Shown here: positions 27,915 to 37,477 of the stretch, in pieces
Numbering within the stretch: the first letter of the stretch is position 1
Layout of the letters: every line of letters starts with the position of its first letter
Assembly: GCA_001304315.1 (NCBI GenBank)
Contig: LJUW01000001.1
Location: 1-61,958 of the forward strand
DNA from: a candidate division Zixibacteria bacterium SM23_73_2
GTDB lineage: Bacteria; Zixibacteria; MSB-5A5; SM23-73-2
Length of the DNA stretch: 61,958 nt
Reading direction: 5' to 3'
Position numbers and translations under genes: made by a program
Notes under the pieces: model-generated
What the model was told of the DNA's origin: nothing
What the model saw: the letters and a program-made list of their open reading frames with translations, nothing else
Databases searched by the model: none

Positions 27915-27924
27915 AACTTGGAGT

Positions 27925-29169
27925 CTAAGTCGAAACTTCACATCTTGCAGTTTTTTTCAGCTTTCTTTTCAATCTCTTTTTCCTATAACAAAAACTCTCC
28001 ATTACAAGCCTATAATTATAATCAAAACTCGATTCAATCACCTCCAACGCTTTGTCAACTATTTCCATTGCCTTAGAGTATTCCTTTAACTTATGTTCGT
28101 AATACTTTGCCAGTTCATCATATACAAACAACATCTCAGGATAACTATCTTTCAATTCAAGCCAGAATTTAAAAGCTTTCTCATACTCATTCTTTCTTTT
28201 ATAGCTCCAGGACAGAAATCTACCAACCTTAAAAAGAAGCTCTTTATCTTTCAGAATCGATCTGGCAGATTCAAAACAATAGACCGACTTTTTATAATCT
28301 TTAAGATTGAAATAAAGCCTACCCAGACTGAAAAGGTCCAGAGGATCATCCACCCCTGCTTTTTCAGGATCTGAAACCACGGAAGAACATATGCCAAGTA
28401 ATTCCACCAGAGCTAGGATGTCGTAAAGGTTGTGTTCGAAAATCTTTTTAACAGGCTCAATTTCTCCTCTTAAATACTCAAAATAAATCTGTGGTACTAA
28501 ATAACTGGGGATGTCGTCCTCCCTTTCGGATTTCAACAGTACCCTCTCCAGGTTTACAAGCCTTAGATCACCCAATCTGAGTTTCCATAATCTTCGCGAG
28601 GGATATAAAAGATCAAGGTGTAAAAAGTCCCTTATCTCGAAATCGAACCTGTTGAAAATGAACCTGGTCGACAGGAGGGGAATGTCAAAACATTTGCCAT
28701 TATAACTTACCAGAAAATCGAATCTCGATAGATCTTTACGCAAACAGAAAAGCAAAGCCCCCTCCTCGTTGAAATCACGCATAAAGTACTGGTTGATCTT
28801 GAATTTATCCTTTTCGAAAAAACCTATTCCAACAAGAAATGGATAGGTCCCCACCCCTCCTGAAAGACCGGTTGTTTCTGTATCTATAAAAACAGCTTTG
28901 CAGGGATCGAAATTCAAAAGACTCCGGTCAAATGATAACTGGGCTATTGCCTCACCCTGGTAATCCAGGGTTTTTAAAAGTGGTATTTGGCTGTATTTGT
29001 AGGATAAATCAAAGATCTTTTCCACCTTCAGGCAGCTACCATAAGAGGTTCGAATTTCAACCCCTTCCAAAAGATCCAATAATTGATTATTAACTTTTTT
29101 CTCTTTTATTTTATCTTTTCTTCCAGCAAAGAATCTATCTATCCTGCCAGATCTTTCTTCCAATTCCAT
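27925..29169 (-). CDS. YprB/MrfB-like DEDD (RNase H-like) exonuclease with TPR repeats
   Basis: FIDTETTGL, SYNGKCFDIP, HLDLL, HNLYDILAL; C-terminal TPR with LAKYYEHK. Confidence 0.85.
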   Translation of the reverse strand: MELEERSGRIDRFFAGRKDKIKEKKVNNQLLDLLEGVEIRTSYGSCLKVEKIFDLSYKYSQIPLLKTLDYQGEAIAQLSFDRSLLNFDPCKAVFIDTETTGLSGGVGTYPFLVGIGFFEKDKFKINQYFMRDFNEEGALLFCLRKDLSRFDFLVSYNGKCFDIPLLSTRFIFNRFDFEIRDFLHLDLLYPSRRLWKLRLGDLRLVNLERVLLKSEREDDIPSYLVPQIYFEYLRGEIEPVKKIFEHNLYDILALVELLGICSSVVSDPEKAGVDDPLDLFSLGRLYFNLKDYKKSVYCFESARSILKDKELLFKVGRFLSWSYKRKNEYEKAFKFWLELKDSYPEMLFVYDELAKYYEHKLKEYSKAMEIVDKALEVIESSFDYNYRLVMESFCYRKKRLKRKLKKTARCEVST

Positions 29170-29175
29170 ATCTTT

Positions 29176-30024
29176 TCATTTTTTTATTTTGTTTTTTTGG
29201 TAATAAATATCTCCAACCAGCTTTGCTGCCTCCTCTATATCCTTTCCCAGATCCTCAACCCGGTGAGCATCCGAGCCTATGGCAACCACTTCTATCCCCT
29301 TTTCTTTTACCATATACAATATCTCTTTCGAGGGATAAAACTCATCCTGCCCTTTTCTTTTGGCTGAGGTATTGATCTCAATGCCCACATTGTTTTTTAC
29401 CAAGGCATCAAGAGCTGGCTCGATAAACTCACGATGGGCAGAAAGAATTTCATTGCCATAGAATTTCAATCCGTATTTTTTGTACCCATCCAGATGGGCC
29501 ATGCAGTCAAATAACCCGCTTGAGGAAGCCTGAGTGAATACCTTGAAATATTCTTTTATGTATTCCTTTAAAGTCTTTCTTTCAAAATATTGATGTGCTT
29601 CCGAAGATGCTGTTATCGCAATATGATCCAGGCAGTGTATCGCACCCAGGACGAAATCCAGATCCAGTTTCGCAAGCTCACTTCTCAAATTCTCCTCAAT
29701 ATGCAGAGCATAATCAACCTCCAAACCTACGTATACCTCAAGCCCGGAGGAGAGATATTTACTTTTCGCTACTTTTACATCATCAATGTATCTTTTTACT
29801 ACCTCAAAAGATAAAAGCTTTAGTTTTCCATCCACCCTCATAAAATAATCTATCTTTTTTCTTTGGGGATCCGTGTCATAATGGGTGGTGAAACATATCC
29901 TTTTCAAGCCTAACTCCAATGCTTTCTGACAGTACTCATCCACGCTTCCGGAAGCATCCTTGGAATAGTCGGGATGCACGTGAAAATCTGAGTATCCGTC
30001 AGTTAAACCTTTTAGTTTATCCAT
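29176..30024 (-). CDS. PHP-family histidinol-phosphatase-like protein
   Basis: DFHVHPDYS, TTH, GLEVDY, GAIH, AHLD, EINTS, GSDAH. Likely start ATG at 30024. Confidence 0.85.
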   Translation of the reverse strand: MDKLKGLTDGYSDFHVHPDYSKDASGSVDEYCQKALELGLKRICFTTHYDTDPQRKKIDYFMRVDGKLKLLSFEVVKRYIDDVKVAKSKYLSSGLEVYVGLEVDYALHIEENLRSELAKLDLDFVLGAIHCLDHIAITASSEAHQYFERKTLKEYIKEYFKVFTQASSSGLFDCMAHLDGYKKYGLKFYGNEILSAHREFIEPALDALVKNNVGIEINTSAKRKGQDEFYPSKEILYMVKEKGIEVVAIGSDAHRVEDLGKDIEEAAKLVGDIYYQKNKIKK

Positions 30025-30632
30025 GGATTGTTTTCCTTCTCCCATCCGATTGTCGTTGAAGGACCATGTCCGGGTAAAACCTCGGTAACGTCCGGTTTTA
30101 TAAAAAGCTTTTGTTTGATCGAATTTAAGAGCTTCTCCCAGGAGGCTCCGGGAAGGTCGGTCCTCCCCACCCCTTCGCAGAAAAGGGTATCCCCGGTAAA
30201 TAGAACATTGTCCGTATATAAACTGATGCTGCCGGGAGTGTGGCCCGGAGTGTGTATAACATCAAGTTTAATTTTACCGAATTCCACTGTATCCCCATCT
30301 TTCAACAACAGGTCAGGGTCCGCAAAGCTTCCCTCTCCTCCAGTGAACTGTGAAAGATTGAACATGGGATCGTTCAATATTGAAGCATCTTCTGAGTGGA
30401 TCAAAACTTTTGCTTTTGTCTTTTCCTTAAGAAGAGTTAATGCTTGAACGTGATCTACATGTCCGTGAGTTAAGATTATGTATCTGATCTTAAGATTCAG
30501 TTTCTCGATATTTTCAGCTATCAGATCGAAATCCCCGCCCGGATCGATCACCGCCCCTTCTTTGGTCTGCTCATCTCCCAGGATGTAACAGTTGGTATCC
30601 AGTTCACCAACGCTAAGTATTTTTAATATCAT
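30012..30632 (-). CDS. MBL-fold metallo-hydrolase (glyoxalase II/YcbL-like)
   Basis: THGHVDH, HTPGHTPG, FTGDTLF, GRTDLPG, PGHG. Confidence 0.92.
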   Translation of the reverse strand: MILKILSVGELDTNCYILGDEQTKEGAVIDPGGDFDLIAENIEKLNLKIRYIILTHGHVDHVQALTLLKEKTKAKVLIHSEDASILNDPMFNLSQFTGGEGSFADPDLLLKDGDTVEFGKIKLDVIHTPGHTPGSISLYTDNVLFTGDTLFCEGVGRTDLPGASWEKLLNSIKQKLFIKPDVTEVLPGHGPSTTIGWEKENNPWIN

Positions 30633-32229
30633 AATCTTTATCTGAAAGATTTTTTTTCAACCACAGAGCAGCATCCAAGATATCCTTGGCAACGAAATCC
30701 GGTTTTTGATTTGGTTCTTTAGAATCCTTTATCTTCTCCAGCTCTTTTTTGCCATAACCGGTGAGCACCAAAACCGTCTTAGCGAACATCTTTTTGCCCA
30801 AAATCACATCCGAGAGCTTATCACCTATAACTACAGAATCAGACAGATTTAATTTGTGTTTTTCTTTGGCTTTTTCTACCAATCCCATCTGAGGCTTTCT
30901 GCAGCTGCATCCTTCGTCCGGATGGTGAGGACAGAAATACACATCATCTATCGCAGCATTTTTTTTCTTCAGCTCATCCAGGATAAACCTGTTAACCTCA
31001 TTCACATCCTCAAGGGTTATAAGACCCCGGTTTATCCCGGATTGATTGGTTATGACAATCAGTTTGTAGCCCAGGCTTTTTAAAATTCTAATTGCATCAA
31101 CCGATCCAGTGAAAAAACTCACCTGCTGGGTTCTGGATAAAAAATTTCTATCCTCGATTATGGTCCCGTCCCGGTCCAGGAAAACGACTTTCTGGCTGTT
31201 TAAAATATCCTCTACCAGCTTATAAACTTCCTCAGGAGTTATTTTATCCATACAATATCTTTTATCCCGGAAGCATTTTTTCTTACCGTGAAGGCTGCAG
31301 GGGCTGCACCATTCGTTGGTAGTCACTACCTTATCCATAAGCCCCAGAGGCGAAAAACCCAATTTAGGATGGGTAGGTCCGAAAATAGCTATGGTTGGGA
31401 CTCCTAAAGCTGATGAGAGATGCATCGGACCGGAATCGTTGGTTATAAAGACCTCGCAACTTTTTATAACCCCGGCTAATCTATTAAAAGGAAAATCCAA
31501 AGCGTAAATGACATTTTTCTCCTTCAACGCAGAGCTGATATAAACCAACCTCTCTTTCTCACTCTCATCCCCAACCAGAAGTATCCTCGATCTGTATTTT
31601 TTTAGAATCATATTCCCCACATAAGAAAATTTCTCCTTGTCCCATGCCTTGGTTTTCCACCTTGCCTGGGGTGCCATACCCACAAGAATCTCAATGTCTT
31701 TTAATCCTTTTTTTCTCAAAAAATCAGATGCAAAATCCCTGTCTTCTCCTGTTAAATGAAATCTTGGCAATCTGTCCTCTATCCCAACATCAATTTCTCT
31801 CAGAAGGTCCAGATAACAGTCCACCGTGTGTTTGGATTTGATCTTAAGGAATTTAAAACGAACCATAGAAAACCTTGCGAGCCATCTTTTTTTGTATTTC
31901 AATTTTCTTTGAGCGTTAACCAGTTTTCTGATTAAAAAACTTCTTGGGTTGGAGTGAAGGTCTATCAGAAGGTCGAATTTGTAACTTTTCAATTCTCTGA
32001 TGAACTTCAGAAACCCGTAGAGGTTTTTATGTTTTCCCTCTGAGTCGAACTCAATTACAGAATCGATCAGAGGATTCCAGGAAACAAGGCTTTTATACCT
32101 TTTTTTGGTGAGGAAAAAAATCCTCGAATCGGGAAATTCGACCTTTAAGGCTTGAATCACGGGTAAGGTCAGAACAATATCACCGAAGGAGGAAAAACGC
32201 ACAACCAGTATCTTTTTGACTTCTGGCAT
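30613..32229 (-). CDS. LPS heptosyltransferase (GT9, WaaF-like) fused to D,D-heptose-1,7-bisphosphate phosphatase (GmhB)
   Basis: N-terminal RFSSFGDIV and TNDSGPMHL...AIFGPT; C-terminal HAD motifs FLDRDGTI, TNQSG, CPHHPDEGCSCRKP, IGDKLSD. Confidence 0.9.
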   Translation of the reverse strand: MPEVKKILVVRFSSFGDIVLTLPVIQALKVEFPDSRIFFLTKKRYKSLVSWNPLIDSVIEFDSEGKHKNLYGFLKFIRELKSYKFDLLIDLHSNPRSFLIRKLVNAQRKLKYKKRWLARFSMVRFKFLKIKSKHTVDCYLDLLREIDVGIEDRLPRFHLTGEDRDFASDFLRKKGLKDIEILVGMAPQARWKTKAWDKEKFSYVGNMILKKYRSRILLVGDESEKERLVYISSALKEKNVIYALDFPFNRLAGVIKSCEVFITNDSGPMHLSSALGVPTIAIFGPTHPKLGFSPLGLMDKVVTTNEWCSPCSLHGKKKCFRDKRYCMDKITPEEVYKLVEDILNSQKVVFLDRDGTIIEDRNFLSRTQQVSFFTGSVDAIRILKSLGYKLIVITNQSGINRGLITLEDVNEVNRFILDELKKKNAAIDDVYFCPHHPDEGCSCRKPQMGLVEKAKEKHKLNLSDSVVIGDKLSDVILGKKMFAKTVLVLTGYGKKELEKIKDSKEPNQKPDFVAKDILDAALWLKKNLSDKDYDIKNT

Positions 32230-32247
32230 AACCAGAAAATATAAACA

Positions 32248-33051
32248 TTATCGAAGAAATAGCAAAGATAAAATTCCTGCCGCTATGCAGTAGTAACCGA
32301 AATACTTGAATTTTCCTTTTTTCACCAGATTCAAAAGTAGCTTGATTGCAACATATCCGGATAAAAAAGCAACAAAAGCACCAACCATATAACCGAAAAA
32401 CTGTTGATTTGTGAACTCTTCTTTGAACAGTTCAAAAATTTTCAAAAAGGTTGCTCCCAATATCGCGGGCAATGCCAGAAGAAATGAGAAGTCAGCTGAT
32501 TTTTTTGGATCTATTCCCAGAAAAAGACCGGTTCCTATGGTGAAACCCGATCTGGATATTCCCGGTAAAAGAGCACAAGCCTGGGAAAAACCTATTAACA
32601 AAGCATCAACCCACTTGATCTTCTCTGATTTTCTTTTTGAAAACTGAGTCGATAAAAGAAAAGCACCGGTGATAATAAGCATCAAAGATGCCAGCAAATG
32701 GGAGGTAAAAGCCTTTTCAATCAAATCCTGGAATAAAAGCCCGATCCCGGCTATGGGAATAGTCCCCACAATCAACAACCGCAGAAGTTTTGAGTAATCA
32801 TCCGTTAAAGGATCTTGTGGGGATGGTGAAGCAAAACCAAACATAGCTTTCACAATACCCCGGATCTCTTTTCTATATATAACCACCACCGACATAAAGG
32901 TACCGAAATGCACAAACACCTCGAAGGCGATATTCTCCGATTTTATCTGAAGGATTTTTTCCGCCAAAACCAGATGCCCGCTTGAGGATATGGGGAGAAA
33001 CTCAGTCAGTCCCTGAACAACTCCCAGGATAACAACCTGTATTAGATCCAT
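32248..33051 (-). CDS. uppP: Undecaprenyl-diphosphate phosphatase
   Basis: QGLTEFLPISSSGHL, PGISRSG, FSFLLALPAILGA. Confidence 0.95.
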   Translation of the reverse strand: MDLIQVVILGVVQGLTEFLPISSSGHLVLAEKILQIKSENIAFEVFVHFGTFMSVVVIYRKEIRGIVKAMFGFASPSPQDPLTDDYSKLLRLLIVGTIPIAGIGLLFQDLIEKAFTSHLLASLMLIITGAFLLSTQFSKRKSEKIKWVDALLIGFSQACALLPGISRSGFTIGTGLFLGIDPKKSADFSFLLALPAILGATFLKIFELFKEEFTNQQFFGYMVGAFVAFLSGYVAIKLLLNLVKKGKFKYFGYYCIAAGILSLLFLR

Positions 33052-33077
33052 AACAGGACAATGCTTTGAATATTTGC

Positions 33078-33107
33078 AAAAAAAGCCCCAAAAGAATTGG
33101 GGCTTTT
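33078..33107 (-). terminator. Rho-independent terminator
   Basis: AAAAGCCCCAA / TTGGGGCTTTT hairpin with a U-run on the minus strand, just after the stop at 33123. Confidence 0.7.
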
Positions 33108-33122
33108 AAAATACTTTCTATT

Positions 33123-33761
33123 TTAATAGATGTGGTAACTGAGCCCCAACAAAAAGCCATAGTGCTCATCCATCTGGAACTCCCCAACAAAGTGCCACCC
33201 TTCTCTTGCTTGAAGAACAGCTCCCACAGTAGCCCCGACCTCCAGATCGGTATCGGTTCTTTCCTTACCGGATAGCTTGAATGTCTTTCTCTCCGCGCGG
33301 ATATTCAACCTTCCATAAGGGGAAAGAAGATTACCCGATTCCATAACAAATCCCTTGGAGATAATCATATTTACTCCCCCGGCGAATCTGGTGGGATTCT
33401 TCACATCCGCATGTTCCCAGGAAAGCCCCAAGGATAGATCAAAGGGATCATTAACCTCGGTATTCAGAAGATTATATTTTAAATCTCCTCCGACAATTAT
33501 CCCCACCTCGTCCCTTTCACCGGTTGATTGGAAATCCAAAACGCCGACCTTAACTCCCATATCAAAATGATTGGATATGCCCAGTCTGAATTGACCGAAG
33601 GTGGAAATCGCCTCTTCATATACTCCGAGATAAGCGCCTAAATTGAACTCCCCTGGTTCAAATGTTTTAGCGGTGTTGAGTTGACCCAAAAATTGTGCAT
33701 AGGACAAACCGGGAAAAACACCAAAAAACAAAATTAAAAAAACCAAAAAAGATTTTTTCAT
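33123..33761 (-). CDS. Small outer-membrane beta-barrel protein
   Basis: Signal peptide (SYA-Q), amphipathic beta-strand pattern, aromatic C-terminus (GLSYHIY). Confidence 0.7.
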   Translation of the reverse strand: MKKSFLVFLILFFGVFPGLSYAQFLGQLNTAKTFEPGEFNLGAYLGVYEEAISTFGQFRLGISNHFDMGVKVGVLDFQSTGERDEVGIIVGGDLKYNLLNTEVNDPFDLSLGLSWEHADVKNPTRFAGGVNMIISKGFVMESGNLLSPYGRLNIRAERKTFKLSGKERTDTDLEVGATVGAVLQAREGWHFVGEFQMDEHYGFLLGLSYHIY

Positions 33762-33888
33762 AATCTCTCCTCTGAATTTAGATTAAAATAAAATCATTTT
33801 GTTTCATTGTCAATTTAAAGTTAGATGTTTTTCTGAACATATACGCTCTCTTGCCGGTGATGAAGAACAAAAAGAAATATCTTCACAA

Positions 33889-34527
33889 TCAAAGATTAAG
33901 GGTGACCCCTGCCAGTATGGTGATGAAATCGGTCTCCTTGGTATCCAGCTTTTTCTGCTCGGTCTTTATATAGACGAATCTTCCTTCGGCAAAAACCTCC
34001 AGCGGAAATACAGGTATCTTAAAAGACAAACCTCCCACTCCATGAAAACCGATTTTGTTCTCATCCTCTGGAAAGTAAACTGAGGTTTCACCAGCTGAGA
34101 ATTCATAAAGCATTCGGTGTATTCCAATGCCTGCGCCCACATAAGGTTTCACTATAGGAAAAGAAAAAGAATATTTTGCGGTTGCATTCAAGGATAGATC
34201 CCTCACAGTGAGGTTTCCCTGAAAAGGAATTAATTTTCCCAATTCTTCTGAATAGTAAATAATATCCTTTTTCTTCTTCCAAGCATATTCTGCTGAAACT
34301 TCCAGGTCAATTATAGGTAAAGTTCCTATTTTAAGATGCACGCCTAAAAGTGGCATCTGTTTTAAGGAAAATCCCGATGTGAATTCAGAAAATTTTTCCA
34401 GCCCTGGATTATCATAGTTTCGAATCGTCCCTCCCCTCACTCCCACGCCCAAACCGGTTACCGCACAGGCTTCAGAGCTAAAAAGGAATAAAATGCCTGC
34501 CATACTCAAAAGCAAAATCTTTTTCAC
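33889..34527 (-). CDS. Outer-membrane beta-barrel protein (OmpA/OmpW-like 8-strand type)
   Basis: Signal peptide; KPYVGAGIG, GFHGVGG, FAEGRF, ILAGVTLNL. Confidence 0.8.
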   Translation of the reverse strand: MKKILLLSMAGILFLFSSEACAVTGLGVGVRGGTIRNYDNPGLEKFSEFTSGFSLKQMPLLGVHLKIGTLPIIDLEVSAEYAWKKKKDIIYYSEELGKLIPFQGNLTVRDLSLNATAKYSFSFPIVKPYVGAGIGIHRMLYEFSAGETSVYFPEDENKIGFHGVGGLSFKIPVFPLEVFAEGRFVYIKTEQKKLDTKETDFITILAGVTLNL

Positions 34528-34601
34528 TTATCCTCCTTTTTATCATCTTATATCTTAGAACATCCTTTTTGGTTTCAAAAAAAGGTTTTTTTAATTCGAT
34601 C

Positions 34602-35342
34602 TCAGTTCATGCCGATGAAAGCCAGCATCCTTTTGAATTTATCCTTCTCTCTTCTAAAAGAGAAATAGAACTCAGGATGGCAGAATGTGCATTCTCCGGA
34701 TATAAAGATATTCTTCTCTTTAACTCCGGCTATTCTCAATTTTTTTAAAAGAGCCTTTTCCAAATTCACTTTAATCCTTTTTTTATCACAGATCAATGTA
34801 TCCCGGTCAAAAAGCGCTGCCACCCCGCAGGAGACCTCATAACAGCATCCCCTGATATGAGGTCCCATGATCAGCATCAGATCTTGGGGGGCAACCTTAA
34901 ATTCTTTTTTTACCTTGGATAAAAACTCGGTCAATATTCCCGAAACCAAACCGCGCCAGCCCACGTGCAGAAGCCCCACCATCTTTTTTTCGGGAGCTAT
35001 CCCGAACAAAGGGATACAATCCGCAACCTGAATGCATAAATAGACGTTCTTTAATTTGGTCAGAAATCCGTCAAAGCAACTTTTTTCTAAAAGTTTCAAG
35101 TCATCCTCACTGGAGATTGGCAAAACCTTTCTGGTATGCCTTTGTTTTGGAATTACCAGCTTCGGATATCCGGATCTTTGCTTTTGATCTTTTGTCAAAA
35201 GCTCCAAAAGGGTTCTCTGGGGATCACCTTTGTTTTTCAAAATCATCCCGCAGTTCAGGTAACCATACCTATTCAAAAAAGGAAAGCTCAAAAGATAGGT
35301 TTTCTTATCTGACAAAATTTCTTTTTGAAAGTTATTTCTCAT
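34602..35342 (-). CDS. pgeF: PgeF/YfiH-family protein (purine nucleoside phosphorylase/laccase-domain)
   Basis: QRHT, VADCIP, HVGWRG, GPHI..CCYEV, CT.C....FSFRR. Confidence 0.88.
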   Translation of the reverse strand: MRNNFQKEILSDKKTYLLSFPFLNRYGYLNCGMILKNKGDPQRTLLELLTKDQKQRSGYPKLVIPKQRHTRKVLPISSEDDLKLLEKSCFDGFLTKLKNVYLCIQVADCIPLFGIAPEKKMVGLLHVGWRGLVSGILTEFLSKVKKEFKVAPQDLMLIMGPHIRGCCYEVSCGVAALFDRDTLICDKKRIKVNLEKALLKKLRIAGVKEKNIFISGECTFCHPEFYFSFRREKDKFKRMLAFIGMN

Positions 35343-37477
35343 TCAGAGGACTCAGCTCCCTTTGCTCTCTCCACGCTTATTACCCCCTTTATCCTTTTAA
35401 TCTTTTTTACGGTTCTGTTTAAATGCCTTACGTTTTTCACCTCGATGGCAAAGGTTCCGTAAGTATAATTGCCCTCATCCTTAACCTCTGCACCCTTGAT
35501 GTTGGTATCAGAATCCGCTATGACCTTTGTTATCTCGGGCAATATGTTTTTTCTGTCCTCCACCAAAACCTCAAGCTTGATCGGGAAGGATTGATCCCGC
35601 TCCACGTCCCATTCCACCTCTACCCTCCTCTCATCGTTAGCCAACATCGACAACGCATTCAGGCAATCGTAGCGGTGAACCGAAATTCCCCGGCCCCGGG
35701 TTACGAAACCGATGATCTTTTCCCCGGGTACCGGCTGACAGCAACCAGCAAACCGGAACATCAAATCCTTCATCTTTCCCACTTTTATCCCCCCCCTTCT
35801 TTTAGATTTCTCCACAATCTTTTCTATCTTCGAATCTTTCTTTTTGGTTTTATCCTCAGGAAGAATTTTGGATGTCACCTGCCTGATCGAAATGTCCCCC
35901 TGACCCAGTGAGGAAAGCAGTCCCTCCGAATCGGAGAAATTCAAACTCATGGCTAAGTCGCTGAGCTGATGCTCGGTCAAAGGCTTGATGTGATTTTTTT
36001 TAAGCTCTCTTTCCAACATCTCCTTACCCAATTTCAAGCTCTGCTCGAACTCCACCTGTTTCAGCCAATGCCTGATTTTACTTCTTGCCCTTGAAGTTCT
36101 CACGACCTTGAGCCAATCCCGGCTGGGTGTCTTTTGGGGGGAAGTGAGGATCTGAACCTCATCCCCGCTTCGCAGAACAGTGCTTAGAGGTGTCAGTTTT
36201 CCGTTTACCTTTGCTCCCACGCAGCGGTTCCCCACCTCGGAGTGTATCGCATATGCGAAATCCAAAGTGGTGGAGCCCCTGGGAAGATGTTTTATCTCCC
36301 CCCCGGGAGTGAACACGAAGATGTCCTCCTGGAAAAGGTCGATTTTAAGATATTCCAGAAATTCGTGGGGGTTTCTCAAATCCTTCTGCCATTCCAAAAC
36401 CTCCCTCAGCCAGATCATCTGCTTGTCCTCCTTGTCCGGCTTGATCTTTCCCTCTTTGTAAAGCCAGTGTGCAGCTATTCCATGCTCAGCGGTTCGATGC
36501 ATGGTCTGAGTCCTGATCTGAATCTCCACCGGCCTCCCCTCAGGCCCGATCACCGTAGTATGAAGGGATTGATACATGTTGCTTTTAGGGGTAGCGATGT
36601 AATCGCGAAACCTGTTAACTATGGGGGCCCACAGACTGTGAATAATCCCCAGAGTTTGATAGCACTCGATCTCAGTATCCACGATCACTCTCAATGCCAC
36701 CAGATCGAATATCTCCTCCAGAGGTTTTTGCTGAAGCTTCATCTTACGGTAGATGCTGTAGAGGTGTTTGGTCCTCCCTGATATTTTCACCTTTATGCCA
36801 GCTTTTGTAAGTTCCTTTTTCAAAGGTGTAGCTGCCTTTTGGATGGCTTTTTCTCTTTGAATTTCCCTTTGGCTTAATAAATTCTCCAGCATCTCAAATG
36901 CCTGGTAGTCAAGATATTTAAGGGAGAGATCCTCCAGCTCAGCCTTGATTTTAGCCATCCCGAAACGATGGGCCAACGGCGCATATATTTCCAAGGTCTC
37001 CTGGGAGATTTTCTTTTGCCTTTTTACCTCCAGAGGCTCCAAAGTCCTCATATTGTGCAGCCTGTCAGCTAATTTTATCAAGATCACCCGGATATCTTTG
37101 GCCATAGAGAGAAGCATCTTCCGGTAATATTCCACCTGCTGCTCCTCGGTGCTTTTCAATTCCATCTCCCCTATCTTGGTAACTCCGTCCACCAAAAGGG
37201 CAATTCCTTGGTCGAATTCGTCCTTTATCTGCTCAAGTGTTATCTCGGTTTCCTCAACCACGTCGTGAATCATTCCTGCAGTAATCGTGGCTGAATCGAG
37301 ATGCTGCTCCGCCAAGATGAAGGCAACGTTAAGGCAGTGCTCAATATAAGGATCTCCTGATTCCCGGAACTGTCCCCGGTGTGCTTTATCCGAGAATTCG
37401 TACGCCTTTCTTAAAAGTGGAATGTCAACGTTGGCGTTAAAAGATTCTATTCTGATTATGAATTCAGCTAAATTCAT
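35339..37477 (-). CDS. spoT: Bifunctional (p)ppGpp synthetase/hydrolase (Rel/SpoT)
   Basis: Likely start ATG at 37477 (ATGA overlap). HD motif IHDVVE, KLADRLHNMRT, YQSLHTT, EIQIRT, TGS (DFAYAIHSEVG), CCQPVPG, ACT domain. Confidence 0.95.
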   Translation of the reverse strand: MNLAEFIIRIESFNANVDIPLLRKAYEFSDKAHRGQFRESGDPYIEHCLNVAFILAEQHLDSATITAGMIHDVVEETEITLEQIKDEFDQGIALLVDGVTKIGEMELKSTEEQQVEYYRKMLLSMAKDIRVILIKLADRLHNMRTLEPLEVKRQKKISQETLEIYAPLAHRFGMAKIKAELEDLSLKYLDYQAFEMLENLLSQREIQREKAIQKAATPLKKELTKAGIKVKISGRTKHLYSIYRKMKLQQKPLEEIFDLVALRVIVDTEIECYQTLGIIHSLWAPIVNRFRDYIATPKSNMYQSLHTTVIGPEGRPVEIQIRTQTMHRTAEHGIAAHWLYKEGKIKPDKEDKQMIWLREVLEWQKDLRNPHEFLEYLKIDLFQEDIFVFTPGGEIKHLPRGSTTLDFAYAIHSEVGNRCVGAKVNGKLTPLSTVLRSGDEVQILTSPQKTPSRDWLKVVRTSRARSKIRHWLKQVEFEQSLKLGKEMLERELKKNHIKPLTEHQLSDLAMSLNFSDSEGLLSSLGQGDISIRQVTSKILPEDKTKKKDSKIEKIVEKSKRRGGIKVGKMKDLMFRFAGCCQPVPGEKIIGFVTRGRGISVHRYDCLNALSMLANDERRVEVEWDVERDQSFPIKLEVLVEDRKNILPEITKVIADSDTNIKGAEVKDEGNYTYGTFAIEVKNVRHLNRTVKKIKRIKGVISVERAKGAESSE

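Noticed and set aside
25652-27925. Integrative element at tRNA-Leu
   Set aside because: No integrase and no convincing duplicate of the tRNA 3' end was found downstream.
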